Positions 1 through 8,247 of a DNA stretch of 64,000 bases are shown piece after piece. Position 1 is the first letter of the stretch, and the number at the start of each line of letters is the position of its first letter. The position numbers were made by a program, and so were the translations under genes. The notes under the pieces were generated by a model. The model saw nothing but the letters and a program-made list of their open reading frames with translations. It searched no databases and was not told the DNA's origin. The DNA comes from Gammaproteobacteria bacterium (GTDB lineage: Bacteria > Pseudomonadota > Gammaproteobacteria > JACCYU01): the NCBI GenBank assembly GCA_050740315.1, contig JBOIDC010000006.1:2596-66595 (forward strand), written 5' to 3'.

Positions 1-866
1 GCGAAGGTTTCCGCCAGCGCGTCCAGCAGCGCCGCGCCGTCCACAGGCTCCGGCCACGGCTCCGGCTCGTCGAACAGCACGGCCGCGCCGGCTTCGGTGC
101 CAGTCTCGGACTGCGGCCGCTGCCGTGCCACCTCGGTGTCCAGCGTGCCGACTCGCACGCCCAGCCGCTCGGCCTCGCTCTGGCGCACGCGGTCGTACTC
201 TATGGGCGCGAGTCCCGCCAGTCGCGCGATAGTCTCTGCGGTATAGGCTGTGGGCGCATCGTCGGCCGTCGGCGCGTCCACCATCGGCAGCGCGTCCAGA
301 TCGGCCGCCGTCGCCTTTGGGTGAGCCTCAAGCCAATCCACCACGTCACCTTTGTCCGGCAGGTTCAGCTTAGCGATGTCCACCAGTCGCACCGTTGCGC
401 CAAGCTCGATCAGCCGGTCGGCAACTTCCCGCGCGTGCCTTAATCCCGCTTCGTCATTGTCCGGCCAGATAATCACGTTGCGCTTTGCCAGCGGAGAAAA
501 GTCGGCATGCTTGGCACTGTCCGCCGGGCCACTGGTGGTCGCCAGGACGCCTAGCTTCGCCAGCGCATCGGCGCAGGTCTCGCCTTCCACAAACCACACG
601 GGATCCTCGGGACGCGCGGCGATGTCAGGCAGGCGATACAGCGGCTTGCCATTTGGAAACTCCGGCTCGCGCAGCTCGTAGCCGTGCCCATTGGATCGCA
701 TCGGCCGTATCCACTTGGCGCCGTCGCTTGCACGCTTACAGCGGATACGGTGATAGACGATGTTGCCGTCAGCGTCTCGGTAGGGATACAAGCCTTCAGG
801 CACAAACCCGTCTTGAATCGCTTTCGCAGAGAAGCGGCGCGCGGCTTGTTGTGGTGTCTCGCTCAT
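1..866 (-). CDS. TOPRIM-domain primase-like protein (3' end runs off window start)
   Basis: Open minus-strand frame from ATG at 864-866 to position 1 with no stop. Toprim motifs VWFVEGETCADAL and IIWPDNDEAG. ATGA overlap with upstream Zn-finger gene. Confidence 0.7.
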   Translation of the reverse strand, partial: MSETPQQAARRFSAKAIQDGFVPEGLYPYRDADGNIVYHRIRCKRASDGAKWIRPMRSNGHGYELREPEFPNGKPLYRLPDIAARPEDPVWFVEGETCADALAKLGVLATTSGPADSAKHADFSPLAKRNVIIWPDNDEAGLRHAREVADRLIELGATVRLVDIAKLNLPDKGDVVDWLEAHPKATAADLDALPMVDAPTADDAPTAYTAETIARLAGLAPIEYDRVRQSEAERLGVRVGTLDTEVARQRPQSETGTEAGAAVLFDEPEPWPEPVDGAALLDALAETF

Positions 867-1201
867 GCTTCCTCCCATGCGTTCAGCGCCTTGGCCGCGT
901 CGATGAATCCCATCCCTGTTAGCCGCCGGTGGAAGTCCAGCACGTCGCCACCCTTACCCCCGCAGGCATGGCACATGTAGCCGCCGTGAGTTAGCGATAC
1001 AGACAGGCTAGGGTTCTTATCTTCGTGAAATGGGCAGCGCGCATTGGCCCAATCACCATGAATGCGCAGGGTGTGCAGATGCCGCCTGTAATAGGTCAGT
1101 GGATCGGGTAGCAGCTCGCGGCGATAACGAGATTCAGGTCGGCCGTACAACTTGCCATAGGCATCCGAGAATCCCGCGCTCGGTCGGAACCGCGCGCTCA
1201 T
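863..1201 (-). CDS. CHC2 zinc-finger primase N-terminal domain protein
   Basis: CPFHEDKNPSLSV...CHACGGKGGDVLDF is the CHC2 Zn-ribbon signature of DnaG/P4-type primases. Stop overlaps the toprim gene start. Confidence 0.75.
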   Translation of the reverse strand: MSARFRPSAGFSDAYGKLYGRPESRYRRELLPDPLTYYRRHLHTLRIHGDWANARCPFHEDKNPSLSVSLTHGGYMCHACGGKGGDVLDFHRRLTGMGFIDAAKALNAWEEA

Positions 1202-1563
1202 GACCGCTCCACCCTGTAACGTGGCGCCAGCGCCCGCGTGAGCGTGCGTGAGACGTTTTCTACCGCGCCTAAGGCCTCGGCCAAGGTTTGAACATCTGAC
1301 GTGCGTACCAGCCTGCCGCCAAGGCTGGTAACTGCTGCTTCAATGGTGGTGTGATACTCGACCGGCCGCCATTCGCCATCCTTGCGGCGTTGCTCTATGC
1401 GCCAGCAGCGTTCGTCAGCGGATAGCCGGTAGCGGTCACTAATCGGCAGGACGAAAGAGACTGGATCAGCGCGGCGTGTGGTATGCTTTGCTTGTCCCGT
1501 CCGGACAGTTTCATCGGCCGCCGTGGTGTGTTCGCACCCGGCGGCTTTTGTTTGCGTTGTCAT
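1198..1563 (-). CDS. hypothetical protein (island-borne)
   Basis: 121-aa ORF, translationally coupled (ATGA) to the primase Zn-finger gene. No recognizable motif. Confidence 0.45.
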   Translation of the reverse strand: MTTQTKAAGCEHTTAADETVRTGQAKHTTRRADPVSFVLPISDRYRLSADERCWRIEQRRKDGEWRPVEYHTTIEAAVTSLGGRLVRTSDVQTLAEALGAVENVSRTLTRALAPRYRVERS

Positions 1564-1808
1564 TGGCGCGCCTCCCTGTCCGCCGTACGCGCCGCTTCGA
1601 GTTCCTTTACCAGCGCGCGTATTTCATCGTCTGACTTGCCGGCGATGCGCGCGGCAATCTGCGTGTCGTTCTCGTGTTCGGGCCACGCGCTGGCGTGTCC
1701 TAACTTGACGGGTTTAGTCCATAGACCATTAGCAATGTCAGCGTAGTGCGTGCTCTTCGCACAACCACGCGCCGCGATAACGTCGGCGATTCTCCGTAGC
1801 TTCAACAT
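1560..1808 (-). CDS. AlpA-family phage transcriptional regulator
   Basis: MLKLRRIADVIAARGCAKSTHYADIANGLWTKPVKLGHASAWPEHE matches the AlpA/MerR-like HTH pattern (LrLpeV...STiYr...G.FPkPvklG.ravgW). Start taken at the internal Met of ORF 1560..1850. Confidence 0.6.
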   Translation of the reverse strand: MLKLRRIADVIAARGCAKSTHYADIANGLWTKPVKLGHASAWPEHENDTQIAARIAGKSDDEIRALVKELEAARTADREARQ

Positions 1809-1870
1809 GTCTGCATATACCTGTGTGGACGGGTACATGCAGTAAAACATGTCGCATTTGCTCTAGCCGG

Positions 1871-2575
1871 CTAGAGCGACTTCTTGATAATTCGTTTAGC
1901 CCGACTCACCCGGTGTTTTAGCTGCTCGATGGTGGTCGTTTTGATACGACCCTTGCCAGCTTTGGTCGTTTTGATACGACCCTTGCCAGCTTCCCATTCG
2001 ATCACTTCATCAGTTACGGAGTAAATTATGCCTTGGTGCGCGTGATTCTCAAGCTTGACTCGTACTTCGTTGGTATCAAGGGACGGCTCGCGTTCAAGAA
2101 TTTGGTTTATCAACTTCTGCAAGGCATCAGGACGAGGACGAGCCGCAGCGATTTTGTTCTTTCGCCGGTTCATCTCGCAGGCAATATCGGGAAACTGCAT
2201 GCCCAATTCCGCAAGCTTGACAAGCCTTCCAAGATTGAATGCGTGGGCCACGGCGACGGCATCTATGCCGGGCTCGTTCATTAGCTCAAGCATTAGCCGC
2301 GCCTCCCATAACATGTTGCGTGCCGCAAAAGCCGGTTCGGTTGGATCGCCCAGCTTGCCGTCGCCAGGTGGGATAAAAGCATAAGTCGAAGTGGTCACGC
2401 GCCTTTGGTGTTGGCCGCGCCTGCTAAGTTCGGTATCGACCTCTTCGATTACCGCGTCGGGATCAAATCCTTCATCCCGTAGAATGCCACTAGCCTGCTT
2501 GACGAACCGTTCGAGAATGGAATGGAACCTTGCAATTACTGGATCGTCGTCTCGCTCCTGTCCAATCCCGAACAT
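1871..2575 (-). CDS. hypothetical protein containing a tandem 30-bp in-frame duplication
   Basis: 234-aa ORF. AGKGRIKTTK/AGKGRIKTTT is encoded by a tandem direct repeat at 1934-1993. Confidence 0.5.
   Translation of the reverse strand: MFGIGQERDDDPVIARFHSILERFVKQASGILRDEGFDPDAVIEEVDTELSRRGQHQRRVTTSTYAFIPPGDGKLGDPTEPAFAARNMLWEARLMLELMNEPGIDAVAVAHAFNLGRLVKLAELGMQFPDIACEMNRRKNKIAAARPRPDALQKLINQILEREPSLDTNEVRVKLENHAHQGIIYSVTDEVIEWEAGKGRIKTTKAGKGRIKTTTIEQLKHRVSRAKRIIKKSL
1934..1993. repeat. tandem direct repeat, 2 x 30 bp (ggtcgttttgatacgacccttgccagcttt/c), in frame within the CDS
   Basis: Two units identical at 29 of 30 positions, read directly from the sequence. Confidence 0.9.
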
Positions 2576-2673
2576 AGATGCGCTCCCTTCACGCTTGCCC
2601 TTAAGGTAGGAACCGCGCCAGCCGGGTAAGGGTGTCCCGGTTTTCGGCCCGTCGGTCTAGGCGCGGCGAACTT

Positions 2674-2982
2674 TCAGGCGGCTCGATGCTTGATCGGCAC
2701 GATGCCTTGCAGCCGTTCCGGCTCTTGGCCGATCTCCCATAGGTCTACCGCCGTTTGCATGCGCAGCCAGCTTTCCGCCGTGGCATTCAACAGCCGCCCA
2801 ATCCGCGCCGCCATGTCCGGCGATAGCGCGCGCTTCTCGTGCAACAGCTCGGACACGCTCAGGCGGGACACGCCCAGGCGGCGGGCGAACTCGGTCTGCG
2901 TCATAGCCAGCGCCGGCAATACATCCTCGCGCAGCACCGCGCCCGGATGCGTCGGCCGAGGTTTAGGGTTTCGCATGCTCAC
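2674..2982 (-). CDS. higA: HigA-family addiction-module antitoxin (HTH XRE)
   Basis: HPGAVLREDVLPALAMTQTEFARRLGVSRLSVSELLHEKRALSPDMAARIGRLLNATAESWLRMQ matches the HigA antidote consensus. ATGA-coupled to the upstream HTH gene. Confidence 0.75.
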   Translation of the reverse strand: MSMRNPKPRPTHPGAVLREDVLPALAMTQTEFARRLGVSRLSVSELLHEKRALSPDMAARIGRLLNATAESWLRMQTAVDLWEIGQEPERLQGIVPIKHRAA

Positions 2983-3284
2983 TTGCGGCCTTTGACGGCT
3001 TGCTTGACGCGCTTGAGCATTGCGTCCGTCACCTTGAAGTTCCGGCCCTCGATGCGGCTTACGTAGCCTTGACTCACGCCTAGCCGCTCGGCCAATTGTT
3101 CCTGCCTCAAGCCGGCCTCGATGCGCAGCACGCGGATCGGGTTGCGGATGAAGTCACCCACCGCGAACGGGATCAGTTCATCGTCGTTCCCGCGCCCGGC
3201 CAAGGCTGCGTAATCCTCGTAGCGCAGCACGGCGAAGGCCGGCTTGCCGTTCTCGTAGATGATTTGTACCTTCTCGTTCATCGG
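2979..3284 (-). CDS. antitoxin-like protein: Phd/YefM-like N-terminus fused to an HTH XRE domain
   Basis: N-terminal IIYENGKPAFAVLRYEDYAALAG (Phd/YefM-like) followed by an HTH (LRIEAGLRQEQLAERLGVSQGYVSRIE). Start MNEKVQ at 3282-3284, internal to listed ORF 2979..3554. Immediately downstream of the RelE/ParE toxin. Confidence 0.6.
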   Translation of the reverse strand, partial: PMNEKVQIIYENGKPAFAVLRYEDYAALAGRGNDDELIPFAVGDFIRNPIRVLRIEAGLRQEQLAERLGVSQGYVSRIEGRNFKVTDAMLKRVKQAVKGRK

Positions 3285-3547
3285 TAGACCTCGCGCCGGT
3301 GGCCGATGCGGATAACGCGAATCACGCGCGCCTGATCGTCGCGGTTGTACTTCACGCGGTAGCTGCCTACCCGCAACCGTAGCCGCGCGTCCGGATCGTT
3401 CGTCATTGTCTTGATGTTCAGGCCAGGATCGCGCGGATTCGCGCCTAACAGCCCGAGATGCTCGGCGATGCGCTCGCGCACTCGCGCAGGCAGCCGGCCA
3501 AGTTCTCGATGCGCGCGCCGGGTAATCTCGATGCGATACCGGGTCAT
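3278..3547 (-). CDS. RelE/ParE-family type II toxin
   Basis: 89 aa. MTRYRIEITRRAHRELGRLPARVRERIAEHL...YRVKYNRDDQARVIRVIRIGHRREVY shows the RelE/ParE fold signature. Confidence 0.75.
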   Translation of the reverse strand: MTRYRIEITRRAHRELGRLPARVRERIAEHLGLLGANPRDPGLNIKTMTNDPDARLRLRVGSYRVKYNRDDQARVIRVIRIGHRREVYR

Positions 3548-3622
3548 CGGTCATATTATGACTTTTTATTACTGACGGCTAGCGCGGCGCGGCCGTATCT
3601 GGTGATGGTCATTCCGCGACCT

Positions 3623-3640
3623 CGACTAGTTTACTAGTCG
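3623..3640. promoter_or_regulatory. perfect palindrome cgactagt-tt-actagtcg overlapping the integrase stop, upstream of the toxin operon
   Basis: 8-bp arms with a 2-nt spacer, read directly. Candidate TA operator or integrase terminator stem. Confidence 0.35.
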
Positions 3641-4872
3641 CCTTTCGCACGCAGCGGGATCACCTTCGCGTCGGTCTGCAAGCTGTCCAGGTAGTCGGCC
3701 CAGACTTGCATCATCTGGCGGCGCTCGGAAAGGTGCGACGTACGGTTGTACGCGCGGCCGAGCGGATCTTTTACCTTGTGCGCCAGCTGGTGCTCAATCA
3801 GATGCGGCGGCACGTTTAGAACCTCATCCATAATCGTGCGCGCCATTGCCCGAAAGCCGTGGCCGCACATTTCTTCCCCGCTGAAACCCAGGCGCCGCAG
3901 TGCGGCATTAATGGTGTTTTCACTCATCGGCCGGGCGCTAGTGCGAGCGCCTGGGAAGACGTAATTAGATACGCCTTCGCGCTTAGCTGAGCCGGTTAGC
4001 GGCTCAAGCTCGTGGAGGATCGCAACGGCTTGCGTGGCGAGCGGAACCAGGTGTGGCTGCTTCGTTTTCATCCGGGAAGCCGGGATATTCCAGCACGCAT
4101 TTTCCAGGTCGAACTCCGGCCATTCAGCCTTGCGTAGCTCGCCAGGGCGAACGAATACGAGCGGCGATAGACGCAGTGCGCACTTCGTAACAAACGAGCC
4201 TTGATAACCGTCTATGGCGCGCAATAATTCGCCAGCCACCTTGGGCTCTGTAACGGCGGCCAGGTGACTGTCCTTGGCCGGCGCTAATGCCCCACGCAAG
4301 TCCGCGGCTGGGTTGCGCTCGCATCGGCCGGTGGCGATACCGTAGCGAAATATCTGCCCGCAGTTCTGGTGTGCGCGGTGCGCGGTGTCGATTGCGCCGC
4401 GACTCTCAACGCGCCTTAGAACAGTCAGCAACTCCGGCGCGGTAATACTGCCAATTGGCTGTTTGCCGACATGCGGGAATACGTCTAATTCGAGCCTGCG
4501 AATAATTTTGCTTGAATGGCTATCCGCCCAGTTTGGCGCTTGTTTTGCGAACCACTCTCTAGCGACGATCTCGAAGCTGTCGGCAGCGAGACCGCCCTTT
4601 GCTGCCTTCATCGCCTTGCGAGCCCGCCCCGGATCAATCCCTACTGCTAGCTGCGCTCGCAATTCGTCACGTTTTGCCCTGGCTTGCTTTAACTTTACGT
4701 CAGGATATGTACCGAGGGACAGCAACTTTCCCTTGCCGCCGAAGCGGTACTTAAGGCGCCACCATTTCCCGCCTTTTGGGGATACAAGCAGAAAGAGACC
4801 ACCGCCATCAAATAAGGTCACCGGCTTATCGGCGGGCTTGACGTTCTTTACGCTGGCGTCAGTTAGTCGCAT
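3634..4872 (-). CDS. int: P4-type tyrosine integrase
   Basis: MRLTDASVKNVKPADKPVTLFDGGGLFLLVSPKGGKWWRLKYRF is the P4-integrase N-terminal (DUF4102) consensus. C-terminal HxLRH...Y recombinase region present. Listed ORF extends to 4899; internal Met chosen as start. Confidence 0.85.
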   Translation of the reverse strand: MRLTDASVKNVKPADKPVTLFDGGGLFLLVSPKGGKWWRLKYRFGGKGKLLSLGTYPDVKLKQARAKRDELRAQLAVGIDPGRARKAMKAAKGGLAADSFEIVAREWFAKQAPNWADSHSSKIIRRLELDVFPHVGKQPIGSITAPELLTVLRRVESRGAIDTAHRAHQNCGQIFRYGIATGRCERNPAADLRGALAPAKDSHLAAVTEPKVAGELLRAIDGYQGSFVTKCALRLSPLVFVRPGELRKAEWPEFDLENACWNIPASRMKTKQPHLVPLATQAVAILHELEPLTGSAKREGVSNYVFPGARTSARPMSENTINAALRRLGFSGEEMCGHGFRAMARTIMDEVLNVPPHLIEHQLAHKVKDPLGRAYNRTSHLSERRQMMQVWADYLDSLQTDAKVIPLRAKGD

Positions 4873-5033
4873 GGTATAACTCGTCGCTGGGGTCATCACT
4901 GATACCCATACTTATACCAACTATTGCATGGATGTCAACGGACTATCTTGGACGCGGACGGAAGCCTAAGTCACTGAGATTCTAGCTTTTACGCTAGTGC
5001 ATGGACTTGCTTGGATTACTGCGGAATATAATG

Positions 5034-5109
5034 TGGTGGAGCTAGGCGGGATCGAACCGCCGACCTCCTGCATGCCATGCAGGCGCTCTCCCAGCTGAGC
5101 TATAGCCCC
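5034..5109 (-). tRNA. tRNA-Ala (anticodon GGC)
   Basis: Reverse complement reads GGGGCTATAGCTCAGCTGGGAGAGCGCCTGCATGGCATGCAGGAGGTCGGCGGTTCGATCCCGCCTAGCTCCACCA. G3:U70 Ala identity pair, anticodon loop ATGGCAT, T-arm GGTTCGATCC, CCA encoded. Confidence 0.9.
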
Positions 5110-5411
5110 ACGAGCGGAATCGGCATGCTAAGTGGCGCTCGTCGGTGTGTCAACCCAACGAGCCTCGCGGCGGACCCGCTTTAGCCCGCGCTCGCGACAT
5201 CATCCAGGCTTTGCGCACAAGGCGCTTGCGGCGTCAAAAGCTGCCTGCTGTCAGTGTCATGAATCGCGCACCACCGTCTGCTGGCGCGTGGGCGATCCGC
5301 CATGCAGCATGCTATCCTCGACGTGGGCAGGCACGCAGTTTTGCGCTTGCTGAAGGCATGCGATCCTGGCACAGCGGGGTTGACGTTCAGCCATGAGGCC
5401 AGAACAAAGTA

Positions 5412-7346
5412 TTGCGCCGTTCACGGGCGCCTTATCGGTCGGGCGCCGTGATGCGAATGTGGGTCCGCGCTAGCCGCAAGTGGCCCTATTTTCATGCCAC
5501 TGTGCTCACAGCGGCGGTGGTCATAGCCGTGGTCGCGAGCGTGAGCGGGATAATCGCGACATCGCCTGCCAGCAAGGTTACCGGCAGCGATCCGCCTGCT
5601 GAACCAGGCCTGCTGCTGGCCAGCACCGATGCTCTGATCGGTGTTCTGCAGTCAATCCCGCAGTCGCAAGACGAATTCAATCTGGCCGTGCAGGCTCTGA
5701 CCGGCATCATCGACCGGCAACTGCGCGCTGTCCATATGTCGGTGATTGCTGACACAAGTCAAAACGGCGAGCAGAACACATCTCGGCGGCTGCTGGCGGA
5801 CTGGCACAACCATATTGAACCGCGACTGACGGCGCTGTCCGGCGATCCTGAAGGTCAAGACGCCGAGCCGGATCAATCCGGCAGCGTGACCTTGTATCGG
5901 GGCGATGCACGACTGAGGCGAGACCTTCGCGACTTCAGGGCGGGGCTGGCGGGGCTTCATGCCGCTTCGCGCACGCGCGCGCCAACCACGGTTCAGGCGC
6001 TCAATTCGGCCTACCTTGTCGCGCTGATCGCGATCCTGATCGCCGTGATCATCTCGCGCCGCGCCTCCGACATCCAGTCTCCCGTTGCGGCAAGTCATGG
6101 CGATCGGCCGCCGCCCACCGTAAAGCTGCAACAGAAAACCGGCGATACCCCACCGGCCGACGAGCAGTCGCCGGCGCATGTCTCGGCGTCGCTGGAACTG
6201 CTGCAAACGGTGCTGGCCGAGTTCGTGGATAATCCCCATGCGCGACAGCCTTTCCTGCGACTCTTGCGCCAGATCGAAGGGCTGATCAACGCGACCTGCA
6301 GCGCCATCTTCATTGCCGGCAATGCCGACGGACATTGGCTGGCGCTGGCCTGTACCGACAGTGGGCAATGTGAACGTTTCGCTCGTCTGCTGCGCGATCA
6401 ACAGTCCGTTTTGCGGGAGCGCAAGCGAGAGCTTGTGCAGATCCATGACCCGACCACAGCCAACGCGCGGCTTATGGTCTTGCATCTGCACCACGACGAT
6501 ACCATCGGCGAGAGCCTGTTGCTGCTGCAACTGGCTTCTTCTTCGAGATTGTCGGCCACCGAACTTGGATTCCTCAAGACACAGAGCGCGAATCTGGCCG
6601 GCATCATCCACAGCACGCAGCGCGCGCGGCAGAACCAGCGCCTTGCCTTGTGTGACGAACGCGCGGCGATTGCCCGGGAGCTGCACGATTCGCTCGCCCA
6701 GTCCTTGTCTTATCTGAAGATTCAGGCCAGCCGGCTGGAGAGCCTGCTGCATCTGGATTCGCCGGAGCAGGCGCTGGACTGCAAGGACGCGGATGCGGTC
6801 CTGCAGGAGTTGCGGGCACATCTCAATCTGGCCTACCGGCAACTGCGCGAATTGATCACTACATTCAGGCTCACCATGGCCGGGCGCAGCCTCGCCCAGG
6901 CGCTCGCAGACTCGGTGGAAGAGTTCGAGAGCCGCAGCAGCATCGTGTTCTCGCTCGACAATCGTATCGCCGCCGACCTGCTGTCGGTCGATGAGGAGAT
7001 GCAGGTGCTGCAGATCGTGCGCGAATGCCTGTGCAACATCGTTCGCCACGCCCATGCCGGATGCGCTACTGTTGTGGCGTGTTCGGACAGCGCCGGCAAC
7101 GTTACGATTACGGTCGACGACGATGGTGTCGGCCTGAGCGCGCCCATCGCCAGCGAGCAACATCACGGATTGGTCATCATGCAGCAGCGGGCACACAGTC
7201 TGGGAGGTGAAATGCACGTATCGGCGAATCCGGGGGGCGGGACGCGCGTGCAAGTGATATTTGCGGCCCGCGGGGCCGGCTCGGGCCGCAAGCCCCAGCC
7301 GACGCCACTGGCACGGGCAAGGCCGCTTGCGGAAAAGGCGCGGTGA
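5412..7346 (+). CDS. NarX/NarQ-family sensor histidine kinase
   Basis: Two TM segments flanking a periplasmic domain. HisKA_3 box ERAAIARELHDSLAQSLSYLKIQASRL and HATPase_c (DDDGVGL). ATGA-coupled to the NarL-like regulator. Start uncertain; alternative Met at 5451. Confidence 0.75.
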   Translation: MRRSRAPYRSGAVMRMWVRASRKWPYFHATVLTAAVVIAVVASVSGIIATSPASKVTGSDPPAEPGLLLASTDALIGVLQSIPQSQDEFNLAVQALTGIIDRQLRAVHMSVIADTSQNGEQNTSRRLLADWHNHIEPRLTALSGDPEGQDAEPDQSGSVTLYRGDARLRRDLRDFRAGLAGLHAASRTRAPTTVQALNSAYLVALIAILIAVIISRRASDIQSPVAASHGDRPPPTVKLQQKTGDTPPADEQSPAHVSASLELLQTVLAEFVDNPHARQPFLRLLRQIEGLINATCSAIFIAGNADGHWLALACTDSGQCERFARLLRDQQSVLRERKRELVQIHDPTTANARLMVLHLHHDDTIGESLLLLQLASSSRLSATELGFLKTQSANLAGIIHSTQRARQNQRLALCDERAAIARELHDSLAQSLSYLKIQASRLESLLHLDSPEQALDCKDADAVLQELRAHLNLAYRQLRELITTFRLTMAGRSLAQALADSVEEFESRSSIVFSLDNRIAADLLSVDEEMQVLQIVRECLCNIVRHAHAGCATVVACSDSAGNVTITVDDDGVGLSAPIASEQHHGLVIMQQRAHSLGGEMHVSANPGGGTRVQVIFAARGAGSGRKPQPTPLARARPLAEKAR

Positions 7347-8002
7347 TTAATCAAGCTACATGCTCCGTCGTCGTCATCGACGACCATCCGCTGTTCCGCA
7401 AGGGCGTGGCTCAGTTGCTGGAGATGGATAGTCATTTCAAGCTGGTGGGAGAGGCGGCCTCCGGCGAGGAGGGCGTGCGGCTGGCGTTGTTCACGCGGCC
7501 GCAACTGATCCTGCTTGACCTGAACATGAAGGGCATGAACGGCATTCAGACCCTGGCCGCGCTCAAGGGGACCGATCTGGAATCGCTGGTCATTATCCTG
7601 ACGGTATCGAACACCGAGGAGGATCTGGTCGCGGCCATGCGCAATGGCGCGGATGGTTATCTGCTCAAGGATATGGAGCCCGAGATACTGCTCGACAGAT
7701 TGCGCTGCGCCGCCAGGGGGCAGATGATGCTGGATCCCGCGCTGGTGGGCATGCTGGCGCACGCGCTGCGCGAAGAACGCCCTGCCCCGCCGACCACCGA
7801 CGCGAGCTTGACGGAACGCGAGGGCGAAGTGCTGGCGCTGATCGCGGAGGGCTTAAGCAACAAGATGATCGCGCGCCAGCTCGATATCAGCGATGGCACC
7901 GTCAAGGTGCACGTCAAGAACCTGCTGCGAAAACTCAATCTGCGCTCACGACTGGAGGCGGCCATCTGGGCGCTGGGCAAGACATCGGATAATGCGCGCT
8001 AG
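7343..8002 (+). CDS. NarL/FixJ-family response regulator (REC + LuxR HTH)
   Basis: VVVIDDHPLFRKG...DLNMKGMNG (REC). LTEREGEVLALIAEGLSNKMIARQLDISDGTVKVHVKNLLRKL (LuxR HTH). Confidence 0.85.
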   Translation: MINQATCSVVVIDDHPLFRKGVAQLLEMDSHFKLVGEAASGEEGVRLALFTRPQLILLDLNMKGMNGIQTLAALKGTDLESLVIILTVSNTEEDLVAAMRNGADGYLLKDMEPEILLDRLRCAARGQMMLDPALVGMLAHALREERPAPPTTDASLTEREGEVLALIAEGLSNKMIARQLDISDGTVKVHVKNLLRKLNLRSRLEAAIWALGKTSDNAR

Positions 8003-8247
8003 ACCCGGCCCAGCACGATCATTCTCGCGCACGTCCCGCATTCATCGGCCAGACCGCTGACGGGTGTAATTTGGCCGGGCCGTACGCCAAAAGGTCTACC
8101 CATTGAGTAGCATTGGCAGCCGTGCTTGGGGCGCACACTATAATCGCATATATCTCGCCGCGCGAATTTATCGGCCCCTGCAAATGGGTGGCTACGGTCA
8201 GCATACCCGCACGGTCACAGGCATAATCAATTCACGGTGCGTGCGTA

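Noticed and set aside
2979-3554. 191-aa ORF treated as one gene
   Set aside because: It is an upstream read-through frame. The recognizable protein starts at MNEKVQ (3284), and the region 3278-3547 encodes the RelE/ParE toxin in another frame.
5652-7253. 533-aa minus-strand ORF
   Set aside because: Antisense to the NarX-like kinase gene. No motifs. A typical long spurious ORF in high-GC DNA.
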